From: Phallusia mammillata
Lineage: Eukaryota
NCBI GenBank assembly: GCA_965637545.1
Contig: OZ281497.1
Location: forward strand, 15,686,001-15,750,000
DNA: 64,000 nt
Reading direction: 5' to 3'
This document shows positions 45,398 through 57,700 of the stretch, piece after piece (within the stretch, counting starts at the first letter, position 1; each line of letters starts with the position of its first letter). The notes under the pieces were generated by a model that saw only the letters and a program-made list of their open reading frames with translations, did not search any database and was not told the origin of the DNA. Both the position numbers and the translations under genes were made by a program.

Positions 45398-48300
45398 TTA
45401 ACCCACTATCTTGTTAATAAACATCTCGAGTTCAACGTCGTAATCATCGTCGTCGTATTTGATGTCGTCCTCGGCCGCCGCAAGATCAAACTGGTCAGCA
45501 TCTGCCGGCGACCAATCATTGTAATCGCCTGCCCATGGAGGTTCGTCAAGGGGGTTAGTCGTGTACTGCGCCGCATCCGGGACACTTGGCTAAACACACG
45601 AAATAGTATTTATAATTTAACGACTAAATTGGCCGTGTTCCTACAGTACAGTACGTACCCCAGCCATGTTATAAGCTTGGTCATCAAATCTCGCCAAAAA
45701 CTTATTGTAAAACTCTGGGTCTGCAGCGTCAGCAGCAGTATATTGAACGCCGTCCGGTGTGAAAAAAACTGGTTCATTCTTAAAATAAAAAATATGCAAT
45801 TATATAGGATAAGACTCACAAAAGATTTTTAACATTATCGTATGATCACCGTAAACTGTTGATTATTATCAAACGAAAATGTTAAAAGATCCTACATAGT
45901 CTTACAAATCACCTCGTTTATCTGCCATGATTTGGTAGTTTTTTATCTAATGAATAAATGCTTATACTTATCAATATTTCACTTACAATCATAAAACTTT
46001 CATTTGTAGGACTTTCTTGCTGACCCGGATAAAACTGCTTTGTATTCGATGCTGCTTGTGTCTCTTCTTTGGAAACTCGGCCCCAATTATCTGCACGCAG
46101 TTTCTTGAAGCCACTTAAAAGGTTTGTTGTAGCCTTGCTTAGCTTCACTGATTGTTTGTCATCGTCCAAAAATGAAATAAGATTGTCCAAGATAGATTGC
46201 ATTTTTTCTGCCGAGCCCTTTTCATCATCTTTTAAAGAATCTTCCATCGACATAACCGTCAACTAAAAACACGCAACAGATTTATTTTTGCAAAAACATA
46301 CGAATTTCACCAAACTAGCCACCATATAAATTACAAGATTCTCAGGTCAGATCTTGAGGGTCTCAAACAGAGATGCACAGAGTCTAAATCAGATTCAGGC
46401 CAAACCCGAAAATTGGGCTGTTTTGTCGAAAAATTCGAATGAACCTACGGGATCATTTGTGACGTCATGCCAATTCGTACCCTACCCCTAAGTACGTAAT
46501 TACATGGGTATTGCTCCCAGGCAGTCGTTTTAGCACGGGAAACTGTGGTTACATTAAGAAATATCGATCTTTTTAGGTGGAGACAATGACGATGCTTTGG
46601 TAAAAACAATGTAAATAAACAATCATTGGGTTTTTAGTGGCATTGCTACATCTTTAAATCCACACATGGGTTCTTGTTTAAACAAAGCATGGAGTGTCAG
46701 CAATCAACATGCAATGATTTCTTTGTTACAAACAAACACACAACCTCGTTTCATATTTTTGATTTTTGTTTGCATTTTGTGCTCTAATTTCTGGAAGTTT
46801 ATAACATTTTCTTTGTACATATTTTTTAATAACAAAGATTATTTTGATGATGAGTGCAAGTTATGGCCAGTTCTAACAAACAATGTAATGTGTAGAAAAA
46901 ACATGCATTATAATGTTGTTTATAACTGTTTTGGAAGGTAGGAAAAAGATAGGTCAGTCTGTGATAACTGCAAAACAAGCAACAGCAACATTCATACCTT
47001 TAACACTCTGACCACACATTGGATATTTTCATCATTTGCATGCTTGATTAACTTTTCCATTACACCCAAAATTGCACGACCAAGGATGGCAAATCTTTCC
47101 AGTTTTCCACTTGGTCTTTCCATCATTAAACTGAGAAATAGTTCTGATACAAAGTGGGTAAAACCTCTCGCCCTGCAAAAGGCAATTTTTGATTTGATTA
47201 GGATTGCCAGAAGTTGCATACATTTTTTATTTGTCATTATGAAAGCAGGTTTAAATATACAAATGTGAGGGTCATTTTATTAACACCACGCCTCATAGAA
47301 AAGGGACACTAAACTACATACTTTAAGTGCCTATGTAATTGTTTACATTTTTTATCACATAAAACAGTAGTTCTCAAACTGTGCGTCGAGACGCCCTAGT
47401 GCGTTGTTTCAATTTTCCAAGGGCGTCGCAGAATAGTTCAGTTTCGTGGCTTTTTGGTGTAGTATCAATAAACACAATTTTAATAATAAGTTTCCTCATT
47501 AACTTTCATTTGCTGGGGCGTCTCAAGTCCAGAAAACCTTTTCAGAGGCGTTGCAGCAAAAAAAGTTTGAGAACCACTGACATAAAAACTTTTGCAAGCA
47601 ATACTCTACTGGCAAGTAAGGCCTTGGTTGGAACACAAAATAAAGTTGAAAGCTAAAACTTTACTCTGATTTACCTTTCAATTGTTATATCATCACTACC
47701 AAGTGCATTATCCATGTTTTGAAACTCCTTCTGTGCCTTTGACAGCAAAATTGACCGAAATTTCGGAATGCCTGTGTCGGATCTGGCTAAAGTGTCACAT
47801 AATTGAGCTCCAAGATACCTGAAGTTTGGCTCAATAATGCACTACAGAGAAAAAAACACGATTTGTAATAAAGAAAGGACGAATGAAATGTTTTAGTGCT
47901 TACAGTTTCATAAATTATATCCACAGCCTTTTGTACTGTAGATTCGGGCAGTGCGTAACTTTTTAATGTTTTCAGCATACTTGGAACTGTACTATCAAAA
48001 CAAGCTGGATAAACAATTAGATTGTTGATGCACTGGTTAATATGCTCAACTGCATCTGCAACATAATTTTTTATATAAGACACCAACTAACAGAATGATT
48101 AGCTTAAAAGTGTAAGTGAAATACCGTGCTCATCAATTGTTGTAAGAGGTGGAACTTGAGCCTTTTTTACCTGAAAAAATACAAAATATGTTTTTTCCAA
48201 TTGCTATTAGGGCAAAAACATACAAAATGTGTTTATTCCAATGGCTATTAGGGCAAAAACCTGTTTGTTTAAACAACCTGAAGTTAGATATCCTGCTATT

Positions 48301-51300
48301 ATGATCATTGTCTGACCAATATCCGAAATGTTCAGCGCAAAGTCATTTCTCTAAAGCTTTAAACATAGTTTTCCTTATCAACTTTTCTAACCATGATCAT
48401 TTATAGGCATCAACATCACCAACAAGGCATCATAAAAGTCCTTACCATGCTAAAATAAAAGTCTTGTAAATTACCTTACTCTGTAACTCTGTCAGGCACT
48501 CCTGTTCAGACTGAAAACCAAGATGATCAAGGGGACAAAGACCTAATATTGGCAACTGTTTTGTTGAAGTGTAAGCATTTTGCTCATAGTTCTTAACAAA
48601 TGGAAATGATGAAAGTACTAGCAAATCTGACTGTTCATTTTTTGTGTGGCTGTCATTACTTGTACTGAAAGAACTTTGACACTGGTTTGATAATAATTTA
48701 TCCACTTTTGGGTCTATATTTGACTCCTTGTCAATGTGACATCTTCTGGCTGCAGACATCATCTTAACAGGCGTACTCATAGTCATTAGGTGCTTTGGCT
48801 TTTTTAGAGGACTTGGATGCAGATTAGGGCCATCCATAGGATTTTGAAAAATGTTTGTTTCAAAAGGATCCACAATGTCTTCTCCTATCACATCAAGCCA
48901 GTATGGAGCATACCAGCCCTGGCCATTATCCTGTCCTGATTCTTCTGTGCTAAGCATCTTGTACCCCTGTTGTTCTCTATCATACATTTGTGCTCGGTCT
49001 GAATCAGGGCTTAAAGGAAGGTTTAGCTTGGGAACAACAACAACCTCCCCACCACCCTCTGCGCTGACATCCATTTGCAATCCAGAAATATCACTTTTTT
49101 CCTGCTTATTTGTACAAAAAAAGTATTGAGGCACACAAAACTACATAAGCTGAAGAAATGTTTTGTCTCTAGACTTTGGGTATTAAAAAGGTTTAAAACC
49201 TTGGTTTTTAATAAAAGCTTGAGTGTGACACATTTTAAACACTATTTGGCCTGAAAATTAGCAAATAAGATGGCAGTGAATACACCAAGTTAAAAGAGCT
49301 CCTCAAAAGTTTAAAGCTATATTTCTCAACACTCCAAGTTTCAGCTATCATGTCAACTGGTGTTTTGTGTAAAATAATAGTAGCCGCCACATAACTTACA
49401 GCAAATTGTGGAACAAACTCTGCTGCTGTGGCTGAGAGATTTGATGATGAGAGGATCTGTTCTGGGTTTATATTTGTTGAACTTTCTGCAAACATATATT
49501 TTTGGTGCCGTTTGGTATATTTTTGCCACATGTAAAGCAAGCAAGTTGATCATTTACCGGTATAGTTGTTTGTTTCAGGATTTAATATTCCCAACTGCCT
49601 ATCACGAAACTGCTTTAGTGCTTCTGGTGATTGAAAAGGTGCAGCAGCATCTTTTAAATCTGACAGACAACAATTCTGCATAAATTTGTGCCTGTGTTCA
49701 ATTTAAACAAATTTATTTTTTAATTGTCCAGTATATCAGATACTGCATTTTTTGAAGATGCAGACTTTATGGATAGATATTCATAGATTAGTGATTCTTC
49801 AATACACCAAATTCGAAACAGGGTTTATTTTAGCAACTGTATAAACTGTTTATTTTCCACTGAATTAAGATAAATACACCAATATCCCAAGTCATTAGCA
49901 AACCTTTTTGTAAAACAGCTAAAGCCCCTTTTGATATGGTAGTGGGTTTTTTCATCATGGTATTCTTTATTTCTTCAGCTTCTTGTGCTGCTTTATGCAT
50001 TCTATCAACCTTGATATCTACAAAATATCAAAAAAGAAATGTTTGTAATATACAGACAAATCTGGTTAATTACATAATTCTTTTAATTGCATTGCAATCA
50101 AAAATCCCAAACCCTGCCAATCAAAAAATAATAACGATAACTACATTGGCAAGGCTTTTTCCACACTCTTCTCTCCTCTCCTTTTCTGTTTTCTGTAACC
50201 AGGGCCCTGGAGAGCGAAAAAATATGCTGGTGCAGGTCAATTTCTGGGTCCCCCTTTGAACACTAAAGTCATGTCTAGAATAGTTTGTTCAGTTGCACTG
50301 TAGTTTATGCGCTGATGATCAAACATTTAATAAGTTCATTCGTCACTCAGAGCTAACAGAAGCAAGTTGACCAATGGATAATTGACACTTATTAAACAGC
50401 TTGGACAAGAACGTCAAACCGTAGGATTTTTGAAAGTCTAAAATTTCTATATTTTTACTACATGCGCAGGAGTGGGGAACCTGTGGCTTTGTAGGGACTA
50501 AGTACGGCATTGTACGTCAAAATTTGTTACTACGATGTTTAAAATTACAGACTGCACCAGGCGCTGAAAAATATACAGAACGTATTTTTGACCTTTATTC
50601 CACATTACTATTTATTAGTTCTAGGGCAGCGGTTTTCAAACAAGAGTCAAAGGTCCCATAGTGGTACACAAAGCAATTTCCGTAGCACTAGCACGAGCCC
50701 AAGGTTCTACAATCTTATCTTGAGTTGTAAAAGAACAATTATTTGCGAATAAGCGAATTTTTATACTCGTCTGTGATGTCATAAGCTGCTCTTAGATCAT
50801 CGGTATTTGTAAACAAGCGAGTTTCTGGGTTAATAGTAAAGGTAAAAATGTAGTAAACGATTTTGTTTAGCTTGAACCGTAAGTTCTATAACTCTACGAG
50901 ATAATAGCAAAACGACCATTTTGTAAGTCGGGAAGTTTCAACACTATTGCCCTTGGCCTGGGAAATAGGCTATGCGGCCTGAACCGTTTGGTGGCCTTTA
51001 TAAACAAAAAGGTTTCCCACTCCTGCGCTAGAGCGTTTGTACAGCAAAGTAAATGCGTAAAACCAAGTACTTGGTCTTGTTATTTACTGCGTTTGCTTAA
51101 ACCAGGGGTCACCAAACTACTGCCCGGGGTCCAGGTCTGTCCATTTCATTCAAACCGCGACCGTATTTTATCTTTGGTTTGCCAAATCGTACTTATAACT
51201 TTGCAACATTCAGAACTAGTCTTGGTTAAGTTTGTTGGCCACTGGCTTAAACCAGCGGCAACTACAACACAATGCCAGCGAAAGAAAGAAAGTTTTTGCA

Positions 51301-53950
51301 TGTAACAGCGACTCCGTTATGATAAAGTTCAGCAAAAACTAGAAGGGTGGCTTAGCACATATTGCCCTTGCATATACACTATAACCTATTTTAAAACATA
51401 AATATATTTCCTATGCTTATTTTGTATTGGGTCCCATATTAGCCATCGTCTTTTATAACTTTAGTCGTTTCTGCAGGCAAAAACTCATGGGTCCCCACAC
51501 ATGCAAAGTTGAAAATAATGCAAGTATGTCTTATTTAACGTTTTAAAAAACTGACCCATTTTAAGGGGCTAGTAGGGCAACTAATTGGGTTCGACACACA
51601 AACTAAAAAATATATAAAAACCACAATGACTCAATCAATAGTACTGCAAAATTTCAGCCCAATCCACCAATGTTCACAATTTCGACCACTAGAGGTGTTT
51701 TGAGCAAAAACCGTTACTGTTTCTGACGTCATAGGGCTGTTAACAAGCCCCTAACTGCCATGGCGCAAAAATGACCACCAAGCAACCCACCAACGAGCAA
51801 CATACAACTGGTTGCCCTTGTAACACTATTGCTCCAAAGAAATCTTTCGTTTGTGGTGCCTAGTAACATACAAATACGTTTTACACTTTAGGGGCTTGTG
51901 GGGTAAATGTTAGGACTACAGGGTTGAACACAACAATCGACGCCTATAAATGGCATACTATACAAGAAATCCAAATTTCAGCCAATTCTGACACTGTTTA
52001 AAAACTCACCCATTTTAGGGGGCTAGCGGGGTAAATACTGGGGTTATCAACAAAAACAAAGTGGGATGCACATCTACATGAATATATCTACCATCTGTGT
52101 AAATTTCAGCCAAATCCATCTAACATTTGATGGAAAAACGAGTCGGACAAACTTTGGGTAAAAACACCCATTTTAGGGGGCGAGCGGGGTAAATACTGGG
52201 GTTATCAACAAAAACAAAGTGGGATGCACATCTACATAACTATATCTACCATCTGTGTAAATTTCAGCCAAATCCATCAAACATTTGATGAAAAAACCAG
52301 TCGGACAAACTTCCGGGGAAAATACCCATTTTAGGGGGCTAGCGGGGTAAATACTGGGGTTATCAACAAAAACAAAGTGGGATGCACATCTACATAACTA
52401 TATCTACCATCTGTGTAAATTTCAGCCAAATCCATCAAACATTTGATGGAAAACCGAGTCGGACAAACTTTGGGAAGAAAAAAAAAAAAAAAAAAAAAAA
52501 ACAATTCGTGTAAAATCAATATGTGTCCCCTTCAGGGAAGGGAACCCATAATAACTACGAATCGCACCGTAAAGTTCTGTTGTTGTGTGGTTAAAGCCAA
52601 CTGAACCGGTTATCTGGTGGGGATTATCTTTTTTATTGTTTGTGTACCGAGTGAAGTCACGTCTTTTCATAGCTAAGACTCAAGTCAAGTCTTTGAAAAT
52701 AGTGACTTACATGACTTATACTGCAATAAATGTTACCATTGACATTGCTAATCCTTACCAAGCAATGGACACAACTGTGGCACAAAAATAGAAACATCGC
52801 AAAGAGATCTCGCTAAAATTCGCGCATGTACCGACCTAACAATCATTAAACTTGTTGCATCGAATCATTATGGGCCCCCTAGACTCTCATGGGCCCCGGT
52901 GCGGCGCACCGGCTGCACCCCCCTCTTGTGGGGCCTGTCTGTAACCTATAGTCTTCTCACTTTCTATGCAACCCTTGCCTTAATAAAGGGTAACAGTGTG
53001 ACGTAAAGCACCAATAAAGCGATCTGGCAGCATGTGTGCTAGTTGAAAAGTGTGTGAATGCACCATACCCAGAAAGTTAGGAAGCATGATGTCATGTTCT
53101 GCACTGTGATTGGTACTTTGGTTTTGAAAGAGTAATTTTTCTACTCTCAGCTAGAAATAGTTGAAAATACTGAACTGTCACCACAGATGACAGTCATATC
53201 AACTTTGTTTTAGCTGGGAAAGTGTTAATGAGCAACAGCGGGCACTGTGTACATTTTAAACTAGTTCATCACATATTCCGGTTAATCACATCAAACATCC
53301 TGGAAAATTAATGATGTGATTAACCGAAGTCGTCTGTAATACAAAATTGAGTAACAAATATATTTGTTTGTACACTTACCAGCAGCTTCTGAATCTACAT
53401 TCGAAATTAGTGGATTGACAAAATTTTGGGTTGTTGAGTTTTGTCTGGGTTGTTGAGGGTTTAAATGTGGAGTACCATATGGCACATATTGCTGTTGCAT
53501 GTTGTTGTAGGGCTGTGGAGGTGGATTTCTCCAATTTTGGCTTCTGTCAGCTGCACTTTCGGAAGGCTGAGCTGTGCTCCATGCCCTTTGAGGTGGATTA
53601 CTTTGTGGCATCATGCTCATACTGTTTCCTGAAATACTAGAATACGGCGTGGGGTCAGATGTTTGAATGTATCCACCTTGTTGGGATGGTGTATAGAATA
53701 TGTTAGAAACATTTCCTTCCACTGGTGCTTGTTGATGCTGGTAAGGCATCGAATCACGCATTGATGACAAATTAAAGTCTGAACCAACACTGTTGTTTGA
53801 AGGTTGGCTATGCCAGCTGTGCTGACTTGAAGCAGGAACGCCATAACTTTGTGAGGGGTGGTTTACTGGTGACTGTGAACTTGGCTTTGCAACAGAACTT
53901 GGATCCCATACTCCAATTTCTATATGGGAGTTTTCAGATCGATTTGACAT
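45398..53950 (-). CDS. PAIP1: Poly(A)-binding protein-interacting protein 1-like with long N-terminal extension, ~835 aa, ~11 coding exons
   Basis: Exons 53950-53380, 50017-49904, 49659-49558, 49485-49400, 49101-48475, 48170-48125, 48055-47904, 47841-47675, 47172-46998, 46262-45987, 45589-45398 are phase-compatible. PAM2 motif SNLSATAAEFVP; MIF4G-like region PNFRYLGAQLC...FRSILL...FVSELFL...DENIQCVVRVLK...LRADNWGRV; acidic C-tail. The N-terminal exons are less certain than the MIF4G part. Confidence 0.86.
47365..47579. mobile_element. hAT-type MITE in a PAIP1 intron
   Basis: TIRs CAGTAGTTCTCAAACT / AGTTTGAGAACCACTG; perfect TSD ACATAAAA. Confidence 0.9.
50467..51025. mobile_element. hAT-like MITE nested in 50200-52937
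   Basis: TIRs CAGGAGTGGGGAACC / GGTTTCCCACTCCTG; no direct TSD recognisable. Confidence 0.6.
51103..51244. mobile_element. Short hAT-type MITE nested in 50200-52937
   Basis: TIRs CAGGGGTCACCAAACT / AGTTTGTTGGCCACTG; perfect TSD GCTTAAAC. Confidence 0.88.
51338..52552 (+). mobile_element. Helentron-like non-autonomous element (HINE/DINE-1 architecture), copy 1
   Basis: 5' end ACTAGAAGGG...CACATATTG...CCCTT; matching 3' subterminal inverted repeat CAATATGTG followed by a stem-loop GTCCCCTTC-AGG-GAAGGG(A/G)AC and CCATAATAA; internal tandem units; no TSD seen. Confidence 0.72.
52008..52481 (+). repeat. Three 158-bp tandem units inside Helentron-like copy 1
   Basis: ACCCATTTTAGGGGG recurs at 52008, 52166 and 52324; two more degenerate units lie upstream. 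Confidence 0.92.
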
Positions 53951-54703
53951 AATGCAGCAAAAATTGTCAATAGATTGCCTGATTTTTTTGTAATAATAAT
54001 AGTGTTTACAAACTAAAAAAAACACAAAAATTATGATTTTTTGGAAACATGCAAAGGTATTTATTGAAACTTTGAAATGTCTAAACCCAGGCACAATACA
54101 AAAAGCTGTGTGGGCATTTTTTTTTAAAGTTTAAACAAAAAATCAGATATGTCATATGTGTTCTGTTTATCGAAAATCACAACTGAGCTGTAAGTAAGAA
54201 CAACTGAACAAGAACCTTTAGCTGATGTCCTACGAACAATTGCAAATTTAGTACAAGCTGTGGGAATGAAAATGTCCCACCACTTCATAAAAAAACAGCA
54301 TAATAACAAAAACACGTTGGCGCATTTTGTCGTTATATTCCATGCCATAATTTCTATGCTTTTATTTACGATGTCTATGTCCCGAAATAATGCGTGGATC
54401 AGTCACGCGTGACACAACAACAACATTGACTGGATTCAAAGTCAACAGTCAACACCGCGGTCCGCTGGCCATAAAGAGTGAAAGGAACAAGTCTGCTTGA
54501 AGTGTTTTGCAGGTATCACTCCTTCGTTTTACATCATTTACATTAACTTGACACTGCATTGTTTTGTCATAAAGTAACGACCGTTTTTACCAGTGTAAAA
54601 TCAAATAACAAGTTTTTAGGTGGGCAGGTGGCCTCACAGAAACAAGTTTTCTGGGAAAAACATGTTTTTTTTCCTTGCTCAACAAACTATTTTTGCAGGA
54701 AAG
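53951..54703. promoter_or_regulatory. Divergent promoter/5' UTR region of PAIP1 and the Rab-kinase gene
   Basis: ATGs at 53950 (-) and 54704 (+) are 753 bp apart. Perfect 12-bp palindrome GTCACGCGTGAC at 54402-54413; probable 5' UTR intron 54513-54698 on the + strand. Confidence 0.7.
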
Positions 54704-57700
54704 ATGCCTTTGCCGGACTTTCGTATTTTATTGATTGGGGATTCCAGTGTTGGAAAGCGAGAAATCCTAATAGCATTTGAAGGTCGCAAATATACAACAC
54801 CACTTGCAGGTAACATCCTATCTAATGCTGCATTACAATAAGTAAGCACAACATACACCTTAAATTTCCCAACGATTTCATTTAAAACTGGCCGCACTGA
54901 TTGTCGGTAATGCAAGTTAATGATTATGTTTATGATGCTTCACAATGTTTTACTCTAAAATACACAATCTATAAATAGTATGTACTATTTAAGCTATACA
55001 ATTCTGATAAAAAATATGCCATGCTTCATGCAAACAGACTTAGTTCCAGTCACTTCCTGATTTTTTGCAATCCACCCCTAAAACAGTATATAGTTGTAGA
55101 TTGTGTATTGTGTAGAAAGTTTGAAAAAATTAAGTAGATTGTTGGAATAAATAGTGTTTACATGCAGCTTGGCCATTATATACTACATTGCTAGCTCAAT
55201 TTTTTAATTTGCCAGTTATGGAATGTTAGGCATTGATTTCATAGTTTAATTATCAGAAACAATCATTGCAAAAAGTGCATATTTGACCAACAAAAACTTT
55301 AATGCATTACAAAATATAGCAATGTGTTTCATTATTACAATGTGGTAGTGATAATACATTACAAAATATGTCACAACATGGTATATGTATAAATATTCGT
55401 CAATTTGATGTTGAATGATGTTGCACAGGAACATTAACTGGAAGTTTTTGTTTTGTTCTGAGGTTTTGAACTTAAAACAGAAGAGTTTGATGTCAATGGA
55501 AACATGGTCAAAGTTGAATTATGGTGAGAATTGTTATGTTTTTGATATTTTGTTACATTCAATCAATGCTTATTATGGGTCCCCTTCCCTGAAGGGGACA
55601 CATATTGATTTTACTCGAATTGTTTGTTTGTTTTTTCTTTTTTTTTCTTCCTTTTTTTTTTCTTCCCAAAGTTTGTCCGACTCGTTTTTCTATCAAATGT
55701 TTGATGGAATTGGCTGAAATTTACACAGATGGTAGATATAGTTATGTAGATGTGCATCCCACTTTGTTTTTGTTGATAACCCCAGTATTTACCCCGCTAG
55801 CCGCCTAAAATGGGTATTTTTCCCGGAAGTTTGTCCGACTCATTTTTCCATCAAATGTGTTTGGCTGAAATTTACACAGATGGTAGATATAGTTATGTAG
55901 ATGTGCATCCCACTTTGGTTTTGTTGATAACCCCAGTATTTACCCCGCTCGCCCCCTAAAATGGGTGTTTTTACCCAAAGTTTGTCCGACTCGTTTTTCC
56001 ATCAAATGTTTGATGGATTTGGCTGAAATTTACACAGATGGTAGATATATTCATGTAGATGTGCATCCCACTTTGTTTTTGTTGATAACCCCAGTATTTA
56101 CCCCGCTAGCCCCCTAAAATGGGTGAGTTTTTAAACAGTGTCAGAATTGACTGAAATTTGGATTTCTTGTATAGTATGCCATTTATAGGTGTCGATTGTT
56201 GTGTTCAACCCTGTAGTCCTACATTTACCCCACAAGCCCCTAAAGTGTAAAACGTATTTGTATGTTACTGGGCACCACAGACGAAAGATTTCTTTGGAGC
56301 AATAGTGTTACAAGGGCAACCAGTTGTATGTTGCTCGTTGGTGGGTTGCTTGGTGGTTGTTTTTGCGCCATGGCAGTTAGGGGGTTGTTAACAGCCCTAT
56401 GACGTCAGAAACAGTAACGGTTGTTGCTCAAAACACCTCTAGTGGTCGAAATTTTAAACATTGGCGGATTGGGCTGAAATTTTGCAGTACTATTGATTGA
56501 GTCATTGTGGTTTTTATATATTTTTTAGTTTGTGTGTCGAACCGAATTAGTTGCCCTACTAGCCCCCTAAAATGGGTCAGTTTTTTAAAACATTAAATAG
56601 GACATACTTCAAACAATATCTGGGGTGAATCTAATTTTGTAGTTTGTATTCTACATAGTATTATTATTTAAGCCCAGTGCCAGTCACTGTGTTTTACCTT
56701 ACAACACCAGACTTTCTCATGGTTATCTCTTGAATTGCATTATTTTCAACTTTGCATGTGTGGGGACCCATGAGTTTTTGCCTGCAGAAACGACTAAAGT
56801 TATAAAAGACGATGGCTAATATGGGACCCAATACAAAATAAGCATAGGAAATATATTTATGTTTTAAAATAGGTTATAGTGTATATGCAAGGGCAATATG
56901 TGCTAAGCCACCCTTCTAGTTTTAATAAAATTTTACATTACAAAAACAATCATACTATATTGTCTTCAACGTTTGTTTTTACAGCGATAGTCAAGGATCA
57001 GATAGTTCTGCAAAACTTGATTCTACATTTTATGAGAAAACCGTTCAGGTAAAAATTTTGATTTGCCAATTACCTTTCAAACCTCTTTACTTTTAGTTGA
57101 CTAAGGCAAAAAATGTACTATACATTGTTTAAACAAGTTTATTGGCATAAAGTGCCTTTTGTTTTGCAGGGTGTATTTCTTATTTACGATGATGCAAAAT
57201 CTTTTGAAAATTTGCCTCGTTGGCTACATAATGTAAACCAGGTAAAAAAAGTTATTTTTTTAAGGTTATTACTATGTCAAACTTCTCTGCATATTGTAGA
57301 ACATTTCAAGTGCCATGAAAACAGTACTTTGCTATAAAAGACAACAAAAAAAGTGTGATGTCCTTGATAAACAGGGAAAACAGGTACATTATCATCATTT
57401 TTGTACAGTAGTATTTAAATCATTTCCTATTTTGGGACAATGCAAAAATTGTATAGTTTGCTTCGAAAAATCAATGTGAATTTCAAGTGTTTCATCAAAA
57501 GGAGAGGACTATGATTTCAAAGGTTGGTAGGCCCAGTTTACATAAACATACATGTCTGCCTTGTGTTGGCATCAACAAAGTACTAGTTTCATTTTTAGAT
57601 TGTTTACAACATGGTTAAGGAATCCCTCTCAAAACAGCTTACAAAAAACGATGTAAGTTTTTATGGTAAATTTACGGTTAAATCAATAAATGCTTCTTCT

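Larger units (their letters stand above)
50200..52937. mobile_element. 2.7-kb composite non-autonomous hAT-type element hosting nested insertions
   Basis: Imperfect TIRs CAGGGCCCTGGAGAG / CTCTTGTGGGGCCTG; perfect 8-bp TSD TCTGTAAC (50192-99, 52938-45). Confidence 0.8.

Noticed and set aside
50146-50192. Possible extra PAIP1 exon (ENRKGEERRVWKKPCQ)
   Set aside because: The acceptor is made from the transposon TSD and the donor is weak; the model is in frame without it.
52008-52481. Regularly spaced repeats as a CRISPR array
   Set aside because: Whole 158-bp units are repeated with no unique spacers, there are no cas genes, and the context is eukaryotic.
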